Program-made: the position numbers and the translations under genes | Origin: Syntrophomonadaceae bacterium | Lineage (GTDB): Bacteria; Bacillota; Dethiobacteria; DTU022 | Length of the DNA stretch: 64,000 nt | Assembly (NCBI GenBank): GCA_007119615.1 | Contig: SKPH01000028.1 | Span: 4,134-68,133 of the forward strand | Reading direction: 5' to 3' | In this document: positions 1-9,963 of the stretch, one piece after another | How positions within the stretch are numbered: the stretch's first letter is position 1 | How the letters are laid out: the number at the start of each line of letters is the position of its first letter | The notes under the pieces: model-generated | The model's database searches: none | Told to the model about the DNA's origin: nothing | The model's input: only the letters and a program-made list of their open reading frames with translations

Positions 1-835
1 AATCCTTTCACCCCATACCGCTTATTCCGGAAAGACATTACGTGAAATTAATTTCCGTGAGAAATACGGAGTATCGGTTCTGGCCATCTGGCGCGGCAAT
101 CGCTCCTACCGGACTAACCTCGCTGACATACCCCTGGAGTTTGGCGATGCCCTGTTGTGCTACGGAACCAGGGAAAAGTTCGAGGTACTGGCCCGTGACC
201 AGGATTTTGTTGTGCTCAGGCTCGATCTTCAGGAAAAACTTCATGTAGAGAAAGCTCCATTATCAGGCCTGATTATGGCGGGTGTGCTGGCAGTAGTCCT
301 GCTAAACTGGCTTCCGATATATATAGCTGCTATAGCAGGAGCATCGCTAATGATCCTTACCCGCTGTTTAACCCTGGAGGAAGCTTACCGCGCCATAGAG
401 TGGAAAGCAGTTTTTCTTATTGCCGCAATGCTTCCCATGGGCCTGGCCATGCAGCAAACAGGTGCAGCGTTGATGTTCGCCGATGCAGTTATCAATGCCC
501 TGGGACCTTATGGCCCAACAGCTATTCTTGCCGGAATCATGACCCTGACGCTGGTGATAAACCAGTTTATTCCCAGTGCAGTTAATGCCGTGGTAATGAC
601 GCCTATTGCTATTGCCACTGCTGCAGGCCTGGGAGTTTCTCCCTATCCTTTTGTAATGGGTATTGCCTATGCAGTAGCCGCCAGCTTCATGACCCCGGTC
701 TCACATCCCGTCAATGTATTGGTAATGACCCCCGGTGGTTACCGCTTTGGAGATTATATTAAAAACGGTCTGCCACTTTCAATAATTGTTCTTGTTGTAA
801 GTGTACTGCTGCTCCCCATAATTTTTCCATATTAA
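1..835 (+). CDS. SLC13/DASS-family permease with TrkA-C (RCK_C) domain, 5' partial (runs in from upstream of window)
   Basis: Frame 2 is open from nt 2. Translation gives GKTLREINFREKYGVSVLAIWRGNRSYRTNLADIPLEFGDALLCYGTREKFEVLA (TrkA-C) followed by multi-TM permease repeats. Stop at 835. Confidence 0.75.
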   Translation, partial: ILSPHTAYSGKTLREINFREKYGVSVLAIWRGNRSYRTNLADIPLEFGDALLCYGTREKFEVLARDQDFVVLRLDLQEKLHVEKAPLSGLIMAGVLAVVLLNWLPIYIAAIAGASLMILTRCLTLEEAYRAIEWKAVFLIAAMLPMGLAMQQTGAALMFADAVINALGPYGPTAILAGIMTLTLVINQFIPSAVNAVVMTPIAIATAAGLGVSPYPFVMGIAYAVAASFMTPVSHPVNVLVMTPGGYRFGDYIKNGLPLSIIVLVVSVLLLPIIFPY

Positions 836-945
836 CTGCCGCTGTTTAGTATTAACCATCTATAAAAACCACAATCACCATTATAGGATCTTAACAATTA
901 AGCTGCTGTTTTTTGTATGCGATTGAAGCCGACGTGTAAGCTCTG

Positions 946-1374
946 TCATCCAAACCTGTTTGATCGATTTACAGGCTCCTTCAGCCTAAATAACTTCACT
1001 CTCCAATAAACCCACAGGGCATTAAAAGCAAGAAAAACAAGTAACAGCAGCCACATTGCTATTGGCCTGCCGTGATCCACATGAATAATTGAAATAATCA
1101 GGCCAAGAACAGCACCAAGTGACCATAGAATTTTAAGATTCAACATCCCGATATAGTTATCAATTGAAGATTTGTAACTTATTAGCGACTCAATCCCGAT
1201 CGCAAATAAGGCTGCAGCCACCAACCTTGCCGAAACCGGATCGACTACCTGCCAGCCCAAGGTTCTAAGGAAGTAGTCCGGGATGATGATTAATGGAATC
1301 GCGAATAATATATCCACCATGAAGTGGATTAAAAACCACTTTCTCAGGGCTGGAGGCACCTCTTTGTTCGCCAT
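946..1374 (-). CDS. hypothetical integral membrane protein (4-5 TM)
   Basis: ORF 946..1401. Start set at MANKE because GGGGAG lies 7 nt upstream. Hydrophobic helices throughout. No recognisable family. Confidence 0.5.
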   Translation of the reverse strand: MANKEVPPALRKWFLIHFMVDILFAIPLIIIPDYFLRTLGWQVVDPVSARLVAAALFAIGIESLISYKSSIDNYIGMLNLKILWSLGAVLGLIISIIHVDHGRPIAMWLLLLVFLAFNALWVYWRVKLFRLKEPVNRSNRFG

Positions 1375-1419
1375 GCTATAACTCCCCAAAATATATTTCA
1401 TCTCTTAGGGGCAGGTTAT

Positions 1420-2106
1420 TTACTCGGCAAGGAGCAGCTGTTCCAGGTCCAGAGGCTCCACCCGGGTGCCGTTTTTAAAAGCTCTCATATTGCCCCCGGA
1501 AATTTCATCGATTAAAACTATCTGACCACTTTCATCTATCCTGCCGAATTCAATTTTGATGTCATAGAGTTCGATATCTTTTTTGGCCAGTTCGTCTTTG
1601 ATGATTCCGCAAATTCTCCTGGTTAGATCCTTGATTGTCCTGCACTCCTCCACGGAGAGTAGACCCAGCATCTCCAGGGCGTCTTCGGTGATGGGCGGGT
1701 CCTCGCGCTTGTCGTCTTTAAGAGTAAATTCGACGAAAGCATCCAACTTCTGGCCTTCTTCGGCGTACATACCGTAACGGCGTATAAAGCTTCCGACAGC
1801 CCTGTAGCGGCAGATTACCTCTACTCCGTTCCCGAAAGTTTTAGCCGGCTTGACCGTCATCGTTGCTTCTTCCAGGTTAGAGTCGATATAGTGGGTCGGG
1901 ATGCCTTCTCTTTCCAGCAATTCGAAAAACAGCTTCGATATGCGCAGCCCGGCCTTTCCGGCCCCCTCTATGGATAAACCCACTTTATTGGCGCCCGGGT
2001 CAAAAACACCGCCTTCTCCGGTTACATCATCTTTAAACTTAAGCAGGTAACTGCCGTCTTCAAGAACGTAAACGTCCTTAGTCTTTCCTTCATAAACTAA
2101 TTCCAT
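1420..2106 (-). CDS. purC: phosphoribosylaminoimidazole-succinocarboxamide synthase (SAICAR synthetase)
   Basis: MELVYEGKTKDVY N-terminus and full-length PurC-like sequence. RBS AGGAGTG 7 nt upstream. Confidence 0.9.
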   Translation of the reverse strand: MELVYEGKTKDVYVLEDGSYLLKFKDDVTGEGGVFDPGANKVGLSIEGAGKAGLRISKLFFELLEREGIPTHYIDSNLEEATMTVKPAKTFGNGVEVICRYRAVGSFIRRYGMYAEEGQKLDAFVEFTLKDDKREDPPITEDALEMLGLLSVEECRTIKDLTRRICGIIKDELAKKDIELYDIKIEFGRIDESGQIVLIDEISGGNMRAFKNGTRVEPLDLEQLLLAE

Positions 2107-2456
2107 CAGGTCGCACTCCTATCATTTATTTTTGGATAATATTTTGCCTGCTTTAACTTTCATTACCCGTAAAATTATAAAGCAAATTTAGATCTATTAT
2201 TTCAACCTGGAATATAACCTTATTTCTTTAGATAAGAGCTTTAATCCTGCTTGTAATCATAAAATCATTACTACCGGTGCAAGTGCCCCGGGCGAGTTGC
2301 GATCAGTTCTTAAAGACCAAATAATTTTGACAGAAAAGAGTGCAATCGTGTAATATGAAGTAGTTAATCCAGCTATTTTACGGCTGTTGGCGAGTAAATA
2401 AATCGTTTAGATAAACTTTAGCTTGCAATTATATTTACGAGGCTGGAAGTGATTTT

Positions 2457-5414
2457 TTGCCTTACCGTAAAAGAATGTTCAAGCCGCGGGTGGTTCCACG
2501 CGCCTACTATGCACTGGTGCTGGTTGCCCTGCTCCTGCTGCTCGGTTTTTCCCTGGGCGGTTCTTTTTTAAGTGGAAGAAGCCTGGTTATTAATGAGGTT
2601 ATGTCCAGCAACCGCAGTACAATTGAAGATGAAGACGGCGATTACCCGGACTGGTTTGAAATATATAACCCGGGCGATCATCCTGTATCGCTGGACGGAT
2701 ACTGGGTTACCAACGATTCTGATCAGCCTTATTTATGGAAATTTCCTGCGGTGACAATTGAACCCGGTAATTACCAGGTAGTTTTTGCTTCAGGAAAAGA
2801 TCGCAGTGATCAAGAAAGCGGTTTCATCCACACCAACTTTACTCTCAGTGCAACTGGTAGCACGCTCTTGTTAATCAGTCCCGACGGCTCGGTTTTAGAT
2901 AGAATTTCAACACCAGAGATGCTCTCGAATGTATCCTACGGCAGAACTACTGATAATATAAGGCAGTGGGCCTTTTACCTTGATGCAACCCCGGGACAAG
3001 CCAATGAAGCTGTTCCTCATGATCAGGTAACTGAGATGCCGCACGCTGAAGAACAAAGCATCCTGATCAACGAATTTATGACCTCGAACCAAACTTCGCT
3101 TCCTGATGATGACGGTGATCTATCCGATTGGATTGAGCTGTATAACCCGGGAAACGAACCTGTCGATTTAACCGGATACTGGCTTTCTGATAAAAGCGAG
3201 AATGCCTTTCGCTGGAGGTTTCCTGCTGTAACCATTGAACCAAAAGATTTTCTGGTTGTCTTTGCGTCAGGTAAAAACCGAAGTGACCCGGAAAGGAATT
3301 ATCTTCACACCAACTTCAAACTAAATGACAGCAATGACACCCTGGTCCTTAGCTTACCGGACGGAGTAATTTTAGACATAAAAGAGATTAGAAATATGGA
3401 GCAGGATGTTTCTTACGGTCGTGATATTGATGAGCCTGAAAAGTGGCTCTACTATCCCCGTCCAACTCCGGGAGAGCCTAATTATACCCAGGGTTTCGAA
3501 AAGTTTAGCGGCTCTCCGGTACCCAACCTGCTGATTAGTGAAGTTATGGCCGTCAATACGGCAACTATTACCGACGAAGACGGCGAATATAGTGACTGGA
3601 TCGAGATTTATAACCCCGAAGCTTATGCGGTAAACCTTGACGGCTACGGACTATCCGATAGAACAGAGAACCCTTATCGCTGGGAATTTCCTGCGGTTAC
3701 GATAGAGCCCGGAGAGAGTTTTATGCTGTTTGCATCCGGAAAAGACCGCCGGGATCCTGAAAGTCCTTTTTTACATACAAATTTTAAAATCAAGGCTACA
3801 GGTGAAACCCTTGTCCTTTATCACCCTTCCGGAACCTTAATTGATTCCATGCCGACCGGTATGCTTACCCCCGACCTTTCGGCGGGTCGGCTAACCAACG
3901 GAGATGCACAGCGTTACTTTTTTCAGGCGCCCGCCCCGGGCAGCATTAATGAATCTACCGCTTTTAGTGGATACGCCCGGCAACCCGCAGTATCTCACCA
4001 GGGAGGCTTTTACGATGGCCCCTTCAACCTTGAATTCACAGCGCCTTCCTCTGACGCTGTTATCCGCTACACCCTGGACGGTTCTGAGCCCGACGCTGAC
4101 TCGAATCTCTACAGCGAACCACTTCCTGTTGATCAGACCATAGTTGTCCGGGCCAGGACTTTTGAAGAAGGAAAGTTGCCGAGTCGCGTGGTTAACCGCT
4201 CTTATTTCATGGATACGGAGCACAATCTGACAGTGATTTCCGTGCTAACGGATCCCGCGGGTCTCTGGCACCCGGTACACGGCATATATGTTATGGGTAA
4301 CAATGCTTCAAGCGTGTTCCCTTATTACGGGGCAAATTTTTGGAAGGATATGGAGAAACCAATTCATTTTGAGCTGTATGAGCCTGACGGAACTTTAGGC
4401 CTCGGTTTTGATGCCGGGATAAAAATTGGTGGACAATTCAGCCGCGCTATGGATCAGAAAATCTTCAACGTTTTCGCCCGCAATATTTACGGCCATAATG
4501 AAATTCGCTATCCCCTCTTTCCGGGTAAAGAACTGACCCACTTTAAAGCCCTTACCCTGCGCAGTTCAGGACAGGATGCTGTCTTCAGCAAAATCAGGGA
4601 TATCATGATGACCAGTCTGCTCGAAGATACCGGCCTCGATTACCAGGACCACCGCCAGGCCGTTTTATACCTGAACGGAGAATATTGGGGGATCTACAAT
4701 ATCAGGGAACGGGCTAACCGTTATTTTGTAGCCCATAACCACGGCCTCGATCCCGACAGGATCGACCTTCTACAAGCCAACTGGATGGTCCGGGCCGGTT
4801 CTAATGAACACTACCTGGCCCTGCTCGACTTTGTGCGTAATAACGACCTTGCACTGGAAGAAAACTATGAATATGTCAGGACACAGATGGATGTTACAAA
4901 CTATATTGATGCCCTGATCGCTCAAATATTTTATGCCCAAACCGACCAGGGTAACATCAGATACTGGCGGGAGCAAAGCCCCGATGGCAAGTGGCGCTGG
5001 TTAGTTTATGATCTAGACTGGTGCTTCTGGCCCGGCCATATTAACTATAATACCCTGGCAAGCATGACCAATCCGGCGGGAACCGGGATCGGCCAGAATA
5101 TCAGTACGCTTTTAACAGTTAACCTGTTGGAAAACAAAGATTTTCGGGAAGAATTTATAGTGCGCTTCGCATACCACTTGAAACACACTTTCGAACCTGA
5201 CCGGGTTATTGGCAGGATCGATGAGCTGGCGGCAAATATTGAGCCGGAGATGCCCCGGCACTTTGAACGTTGGGGCGGATCAGTCGATAGCTGGCACCGG
5301 GAAATTGAGAACCTGAGAGAATTCGCCAGGCAACGTCCGGCTATCGTGATCGAGCACATTCGCCAGAAATTCCAGCTTAGCGATGAAGAAATGAAGGTTT
5401 ATTACGGGAGGTAA
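2457..5414 (+). CDS. secreted/membrane-anchored CotH kinase-family protein with three N-terminal lamin-tail (LTD) repeats
   Basis: N-terminal hydrophobic anchor. Three ~155-aa repeats: LxINExM...DEDGDxxDWIEIYNP...FPAVTIEP...FASGK...LHTNFK (LTD). C-terminal CotH region: LYLNGEYWGIYNIRE, WRWLVYDLDW. Start could be TTG 2457 or ATG 2475. Confidence 0.8.
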   Translation: MPYRKRMFKPRVVPRAYYALVLVALLLLLGFSLGGSFLSGRSLVINEVMSSNRSTIEDEDGDYPDWFEIYNPGDHPVSLDGYWVTNDSDQPYLWKFPAVTIEPGNYQVVFASGKDRSDQESGFIHTNFTLSATGSTLLLISPDGSVLDRISTPEMLSNVSYGRTTDNIRQWAFYLDATPGQANEAVPHDQVTEMPHAEEQSILINEFMTSNQTSLPDDDGDLSDWIELYNPGNEPVDLTGYWLSDKSENAFRWRFPAVTIEPKDFLVVFASGKNRSDPERNYLHTNFKLNDSNDTLVLSLPDGVILDIKEIRNMEQDVSYGRDIDEPEKWLYYPRPTPGEPNYTQGFEKFSGSPVPNLLISEVMAVNTATITDEDGEYSDWIEIYNPEAYAVNLDGYGLSDRTENPYRWEFPAVTIEPGESFMLFASGKDRRDPESPFLHTNFKIKATGETLVLYHPSGTLIDSMPTGMLTPDLSAGRLTNGDAQRYFFQAPAPGSINESTAFSGYARQPAVSHQGGFYDGPFNLEFTAPSSDAVIRYTLDGSEPDADSNLYSEPLPVDQTIVVRARTFEEGKLPSRVVNRSYFMDTEHNLTVISVLTDPAGLWHPVHGIYVMGNNASSVFPYYGANFWKDMEKPIHFELYEPDGTLGLGFDAGIKIGGQFSRAMDQKIFNVFARNIYGHNEIRYPLFPGKELTHFKALTLRSSGQDAVFSKIRDIMMTSLLEDTGLDYQDHRQAVLYLNGEYWGIYNIRERANRYFVAHNHGLDPDRIDLLQANWMVRAGSNEHYLALLDFVRNNDLALEENYEYVRTQMDVTNYIDALIAQIFYAQTDQGNIRYWREQSPDGKWRWLVYDLDWCFWPGHINYNTLASMTNPAGTGIGQNISTLLTVNLLENKDFREEFIVRFAYHLKHTFEPDRVIGRIDELAANIEPEMPRHFERWGGSVDSWHREIENLREFARQRPAIVIEHIRQKFQLSDEEMKVYYGR

Positions 5415-5418
5415 TAAT

Positions 5419-6099
5419 ATGTGGCAACAAATAGTGGATTCTTTTTTTATTCCTGGAGAGCTAACTTTAAGCTTATTTACCGCCTTATTGATGGCCCTGA
5501 TCTTATCTTTTTTTATTGCCAGTATCTACCGGAACACCCATCGCGGGATGAACTACGAGCCTGCATTTTTGACTACCCTGGTCTTAATTGCCCCCGTTGT
5601 AGCCCTGGTAATGTTTTTTATCCGCGGCGACCTGGTTCTATCCCTGGGTCTAATCGGTTCGCTCTCTATTATCCGCTTCCGGACCCCGATCAAGGATACG
5701 CGTGACATGGTTTACCTTTTCTGGGCTATAGTAGTCGGATTGGGGTGCGGCACGGAAAACTGGACCCTGGCCCTTCTCGCAACCATTTTTATTTCAGTTA
5801 TCATCTTTCTGCTTTTTCTTTTTGAATACGGACGACCGAAACATTCTGACTTTGTGCTGGTTGTTTCCGGGCACAGTGAAAACTCCCCGGAAGAGGCAAA
5901 CCAGCTGATCAAGAGTTACAGCGCCCGCTCGCGGGTCCGATCCCATGATATGGTTGACAATGGCTGGGAAATAGTCTATGAACTGCGCTTCACCGGGACC
6001 CAGGAAAAGAAAACTCAGCAGCTTATCAGATCGATAAAAGAGCTTGAAGGAGTTAACAAAGTATCTTTGCTGGCGCCGCAGCTTGCCCTGCCGATGTAA
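5419..6099 (+). CDS. DUF4956 domain-containing membrane protein
   Basis: GGGAGGT RBS 6 nt upstream of ATG. 4 TM helices plus cytoplasmic tail. DUF4956-like. Genes are 4 nt apart from the CotH gene. Confidence 0.7.
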   Translation: MWQQIVDSFFIPGELTLSLFTALLMALILSFFIASIYRNTHRGMNYEPAFLTTLVLIAPVVALVMFFIRGDLVLSLGLIGSLSIIRFRTPIKDTRDMVYLFWAIVVGLGCGTENWTLALLATIFISVIIFLLFLFEYGRPKHSDFVLVVSGHSENSPEEANQLIKSYSARSRVRSHDMVDNGWEIVYELRFTGTQEKKTQQLIRSIKELEGVNKVSLLAPQLALPM

Positions 6100-6118
6100 G
6101 AGGAGGATAATCCGGTTA

Positions 6119-6856
6119 ATGATTTTGAAGAAAAACAGCACTGAAGTAATCCCCTGGCGGTTCGAATACAAATACAGACTTAACGTCTGGCAGTACTATC
6201 AACTCAAAAACGCGCTGACCCCGTACTTCAGGATGGACGATTTTACCAGAAAAACTCCGAGAGGGCGCTACCTGGTCCGCAGCCTTTATTTTGATAATGA
6301 TCAGTTCCAGGCTTATTTCGAAAAAATTGAAGGTAATTTCGGCAGAATTAAGTGCCGTATTCGCACCTACACAACTTCAATTGAAAATACCCCTGTTCTG
6401 CGAGCCGAACTGAAAAACCGCTGGGGGGAATCGATCGAAAAATACAGCACCTTTATCACTCCTGGGGATTACCTGGGTTTTATGCACAATCGCCACTGGC
6501 CCGATCATAGCAATCCTGTCCTGGAGGAATTCGAAAGAATTTATTATTTAAGAGCTATGCGGCCCAAGGTACTGGTTGAATATTACAGGGAAGGATACGT
6601 GCCGCGGACTAACGGTGATCTGCGCATAACCCTTGATCACCATGTGCGCAGCTGCAGTACGGATACTCTCTTCCCGAAGACACAACTGTTCAAAGCACAT
6701 CATAACAACATCGTTGTTTTAGAAATAAAATGCCGCCGCAAGCAGCCAGCCTGGTTAAGCCAGCTTGTGCGACAGCATAATCTGAAGTATATCGCAAACA
6801 GCAAATATGCACAGGGGGTTGAAGCTGTTTGCCCGGATCTGGTCAGCACATACTGA
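6119..6856 (+). CDS. VTC-domain (polyphosphate polymerase / CYTH-like) protein
   Basis: AGGAGG RBS then ATG 6119, in frame with ORF 6044..6856. Motifs: IPWRFEYKYRL, YLVRSLYFDN, RIKCRIRTY, LRAELKNRW, DLRITLDHHV. VTC domain. Confidence 0.75.
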   Translation: MILKKNSTEVIPWRFEYKYRLNVWQYYQLKNALTPYFRMDDFTRKTPRGRYLVRSLYFDNDQFQAYFEKIEGNFGRIKCRIRTYTTSIENTPVLRAELKNRWGESIEKYSTFITPGDYLGFMHNRHWPDHSNPVLEEFERIYYLRAMRPKVLVEYYREGYVPRTNGDLRITLDHHVRSCSTDTLFPKTQLFKAHHNNIVVLEIKCRRKQPAWLSQLVRQHNLKYIANSKYAQGVEAVCPDLVSTY

Positions 6857-6864
6857 CCCGCCAT

Positions 6865-7299
6865 TTAGTGCAGCTCTTCATCGCCGCCTTCACGGGCAAT
6901 GATATCCTGATAATCGTAGGTGAACTCAACCAGCTTTGTGGTCATGTAAATAGGTGAATCAAAACGCAAAGCCAGCGCAATAGCGTCGCTCGGCCTGGAA
7001 TCAACAACGATAGTTTCTCCGTTATGCTGAAGATAAATTTCGGCATAGAAAGTACTTTCCCTGATATCGGTTATTACGATTTTTTCCAATGTGCCACCGA
7101 GATTCTCACATATCGACTTCAGCAAATCGTGGGTCAGGGGCCTCGGTGGTGATTCTCCTTGCAAAACAAGAGCTATCGCCTGTGCTTCAAGAGGGCCGAT
7201 TGAAATTGGCAGTACTTTTTTTTCTTCGTCATCCATCAGCAAAACAAGAAAATTGCCGCCTTGATCTGCTGTAACTGTTTTGACCTCCATCTTGATCAT
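6865..7299 (-). CDS. bifunctional nuclease (BFN/DUF151) family protein
   Basis: GAGAGGTG RBS upstream of ATG (MIKMEVKTV). Conserved LLMDDEEKKVLPISIGPLEAQAI...SRPSDAIALAL. Confidence 0.75.
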   Translation of the reverse strand: MIKMEVKTVTADQGGNFLVLLMDDEEKKVLPISIGPLEAQAIALVLQGESPPRPLTHDLLKSICENLGGTLEKIVITDIRESTFYAEIYLQHNGETIVVDSRPSDAIALALRFDSPIYMTTKLVEFTYDYQDIIAREGGDEELH

Positions 7300-7546
7300 T
7301 ATTTTCAACACCTCTCAACTCACTTTTCTGTATTTTATCATAGATTATCGGAACATAAAACCGCTGCCGGGTTGATCTTATAACCCATTAGAGAAAAATT
7401 TATCTCCACGACTTAAACTTTAGCCCTAATAATGGACAAGCTTATGCTGCTGATTCATAATTTATTACTCTATTTTAATATATATATATTTTTCCTGGAA
7501 ACTTAAAAATAGATTAAAAAATATGGATAATTGAATTGTTGCAATA

Positions 7547-7575
7547 TTGACATGTAATTAAATTATCTATAGAAT
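7547..7575 (+). promoter_or_regulatory. sigma-A type promoter (TTGACA-17nt-TAGAAT) upstream of dodecin
   Basis: TTGACAtgtaattaaattatctaTAGAAT about 40 nt upstream of GTG 7614. Coordinates hand-indexed, +/-1. Confidence 0.55.
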
Positions 7576-7613
7576 AGTCTTATAAGTTTTGATCATTCGG
7601 AAGGAGTGATACA

Positions 7614-7817
7614 GTGGAAAGCGTCTATAAGGTAGTTGAAATTATCGGGACCAGTGAAAAGTCCTGGGAAGCAGCAGCCAGGGTAGCTGTGAGCACAGCT
7701 TCAAAAACACTGCGCGATCTAAGAATTGCCGAGGTAAAGGAAATGGATATAAAGATTGAAAATGGCAGTCTAATTTTCAGGGTTAAAATGAATCTTTCGT
7801 TTAAATACCAGGATTAA
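7614..7817 (+). CDS. dodecin (flavin-binding) family protein
   Basis: GTG start with GGAAGGAG RBS. YKVVEIIGTSEKSWEAAARVAV..TLRDLRIAEVKEMDIKIENG matches the dodecin signature. Confidence 0.85.
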   Translation: MESVYKVVEIIGTSEKSWEAAARVAVSTASKTLRDLRIAEVKEMDIKIENGSLIFRVKMNLSFKYQD

Positions 7818-7864
7818 CATCAGACAGGATAAACTGGAAGAAGCTGAAATCGTAACTTACTCAG

Positions 7865-7899
7865 AAAGCGGTATCTTAGGAGATACCGCTTTGTTTATT
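7865..7899 (+). terminator. rho-independent terminator after dodecin
   Basis: AAAGCGGTATC-ttagga-GATACCGCTTT followed by GTTTATT. Confidence 0.8.
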
Positions 7900-8366
7900 G
7901 CCTCGGCAGTCTGATTTTGGGTTGCGTCCGGGTATATCCCTCCCCATAATTGCAGGAGCGGTTGATAAACCAATTCATGATCGCTCAAATCTTTAAACAG
8001 CACTAGATACTTATTATTTTAGTCAGGATTACTGAACATGACCGCCGGGAATCATATTATAATTGTTTTATTAGATATATATTATAATTTACAGCAATTA
8101 TAATGCGTGCCAATTATTAAAAAGTTATAAAAAATTTGGTTGTGAAATATTGACCAAGCAGTTAAGTTTGTTATAATTAAGTGAAGTTTACTTTTAATCT
8201 GTTATTTCTGCTCCTGTTGTTGTATTTTTTATTGCATTAAATAGTTTGCATACTCTATAATATTATGTTTTTTAAAACAATCGCATACGGAAAAACTTAA
8301 ATTCAAGTTATGATAATGGAGTTGATTTGAATTAACCTTTGTGAATTTGGCCTGCTGGTAAAAACT

Positions 8367-9206
8367 TTGCGAAATAGCTGTTTCGATTACAGCGGTAACC
8401 GGTGGACCAGGGAAAGTCTGAGTGAGGCGATCCATCTTACACCTAACCAGTTGGGCCGGCTTGAAAGAGGCGACAGGAAATATCTCGATAACCAGACCCT
8501 GCAACTCCTGGCTAAAGCTTTAAACCTTACAAACCTGGAACAAAAAGAGTTCATGGCTGCCGCAGTTGGCCTCCATGATGAAGTGCTATTTGACCAGGAA
8601 AAACCCGAAGATCAACTGGTTAACCTGGTCAGTATGATGGAACATTTACAGGTTCCTGCTTTCTCCATCGACCCCTATGGGGACATTCTGGCAGCCAACG
8701 CTTCGATGATAAATCTCTTAGTTATTCCTCCCGAGTTAATTGAATATGCCCGCTCCATACCAGCAGGCTTAAATCATATGAAATTTGTTTATGCTCCGGA
8801 ATTTAGTTTCAGGGAAATGGTCGGTCCGCTGTGGCGGGAAGTGGCAGCCATTGAAATATTGCTATTTCGCCGTTCTACATTGCGCTACAGGCATACAGAG
8901 TATTTTAAATATATCTTTAAAGCCCTGATGAAAGAAAAGCAGTTTGACATCGATTGGTATGCAAGCCACAGGAATCCATATTACTGCGATTGGACCTACG
9001 AAGCTTTTAAATTTTACCATCCCCGTTACGGACCTTTAAACTACTTTGCCACAGAAACTATAATCAATACCCAAAGAGGCAATTTATACCTGATCATTTA
9101 TAACCCTGCTGATGCCGAAACCTCAGCCATATTCAACAAGTTGAAGAAGCCTGACAAGAATCATGTCACAAGACTGGCAAGCTGGCCGGAGAAAGAATAC
9201 GTTTAA
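8367..9206 (+). CDS. XRE-type HTH transcriptional regulator with unknown C-terminal (MmyB-like?) ligand domain; N-terminal HTH appears incomplete
   Basis: RESLSEAIHLTPNQLGRLERGDRK matches helices 2-3 of an XRE HTH. The only in-frame start after stop 8328-30 is TTG 8367. Low GC. Sits in an AT-rich islet. Confidence 0.5.
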   Translation: MRNSCFDYSGNRWTRESLSEAIHLTPNQLGRLERGDRKYLDNQTLQLLAKALNLTNLEQKEFMAAAVGLHDEVLFDQEKPEDQLVNLVSMMEHLQVPAFSIDPYGDILAANASMINLLVIPPELIEYARSIPAGLNHMKFVYAPEFSFREMVGPLWREVAAIEILLFRRSTLRYRHTEYFKYIFKALMKEKQFDIDWYASHRNPYYCDWTYEAFKFYHPRYGPLNYFATETIINTQRGNLYLIIYNPADAETSAIFNKLKKPDKNHVTRLASWPEKEYV

Positions 9207-9484
9207 ATAAATAGCAATCCCACCGGTAACTTACCCGCATGTAACAGTTAAGCCAAAATGCCTGCCGGCACAAATATATTTTTACCGGAAATGATCAGTT
9301 TTGGGACAGTAGTTTCAGATCCAGCTTTGCTTGTTCAGTTGAGGTAAATGCCTGACAAAAACCAGCCGGTCAAAGCTCATTTTGTTTTGACAATTTAGAT
9401 AAAAAAAAGTAAAATAACATTGAAATATATTACAAATATTATCGGTATTGTTTTATTATTTTTTCAACAGGAGGTTTGGGCAAA

Positions 9485-9910
9485 ATGCAAATGTCAACGA
9501 AGGTACGCTACGCCTCAAGGGCAATGATCGAACTGGCACTGAATTACAAAGTTGAACCGGTCCAACTTAATGATATCGCCTCCAAACAGGGCATATCGGT
9601 GAAGTACCTGGAACAGATTATGGCTCCGCTGAGGGCAAGGGGAATCGTGCGAACACAGAAGGGAAGCCGCGGCGGGTACCACCTAGCTTTGAAACCCGAG
9701 AATATTACCCTTTGTGATATTGTGGAAAGCATCGAAGGTTCACTGGCCCCTGTTGCCTGTGTTGACAACGGCGACTCCTGTGAAAGGTCCGAGATGTGTG
9801 TAACCCGTTCGGTTTGGGTCAGAGTTAAAGATGCAATAACTAACGAGTTGAAGGCTAAAACACTGGCTGAACTGGCTGCTGAACAGGAAAGCCTGTATCA
9901 TAAAGTTTAA
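9485..9910 (+). CDS. Rrf2-family transcriptional regulator (IscR/CymR-like)
   Basis: AGGAGG RBS then ATG. MQMSTKVRYASRAMIELA...GGYHLALKPENITLCDIVESIEG with three Cys (CVDNGDSCERSEMC). Confidence 0.85.
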   Translation: MQMSTKVRYASRAMIELALNYKVEPVQLNDIASKQGISVKYLEQIMAPLRARGIVRTQKGSRGGYHLALKPENITLCDIVESIEGSLAPVACVDNGDSCERSEMCVTRSVWVRVKDAITNELKAKTLAELAAEQESLYHKV

Positions 9911-9963
9911 TTTTTTAGGTGAAAGTTTTAACAATCTAACAGATTGTGACCTTTCAAAAATTT

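Noticed and set aside
2107-2456. Possible purine riboswitch upstream of purC (a ccgtaaa motif is present).
   Set aside because: The motif is on the wrong strand for purC. No P2 helix or J2/3 UUUCUACC context could be assembled. It is probably just an AT-rich promoter region (a TTGAAA...TATAAT-like promoter is present on the minus strand).
8229-8504. 91-aa minus-strand ORF in the AT-rich region overlapping the regulator gene start.
   Set aside because: It is AT-rich, has no RBS, and overlaps the plus-strand regulator. It is probably a chance ORF in low-GC DNA.
9911-9963. Short palindrome ACAATCTaacAGATTGT between convergent Rrf2 and tyrA genes.
   Set aside because: It has a 7-bp AT-rich stem without a clear U-run. 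At most it is a weak bidirectional terminator, and it is not distinctive.
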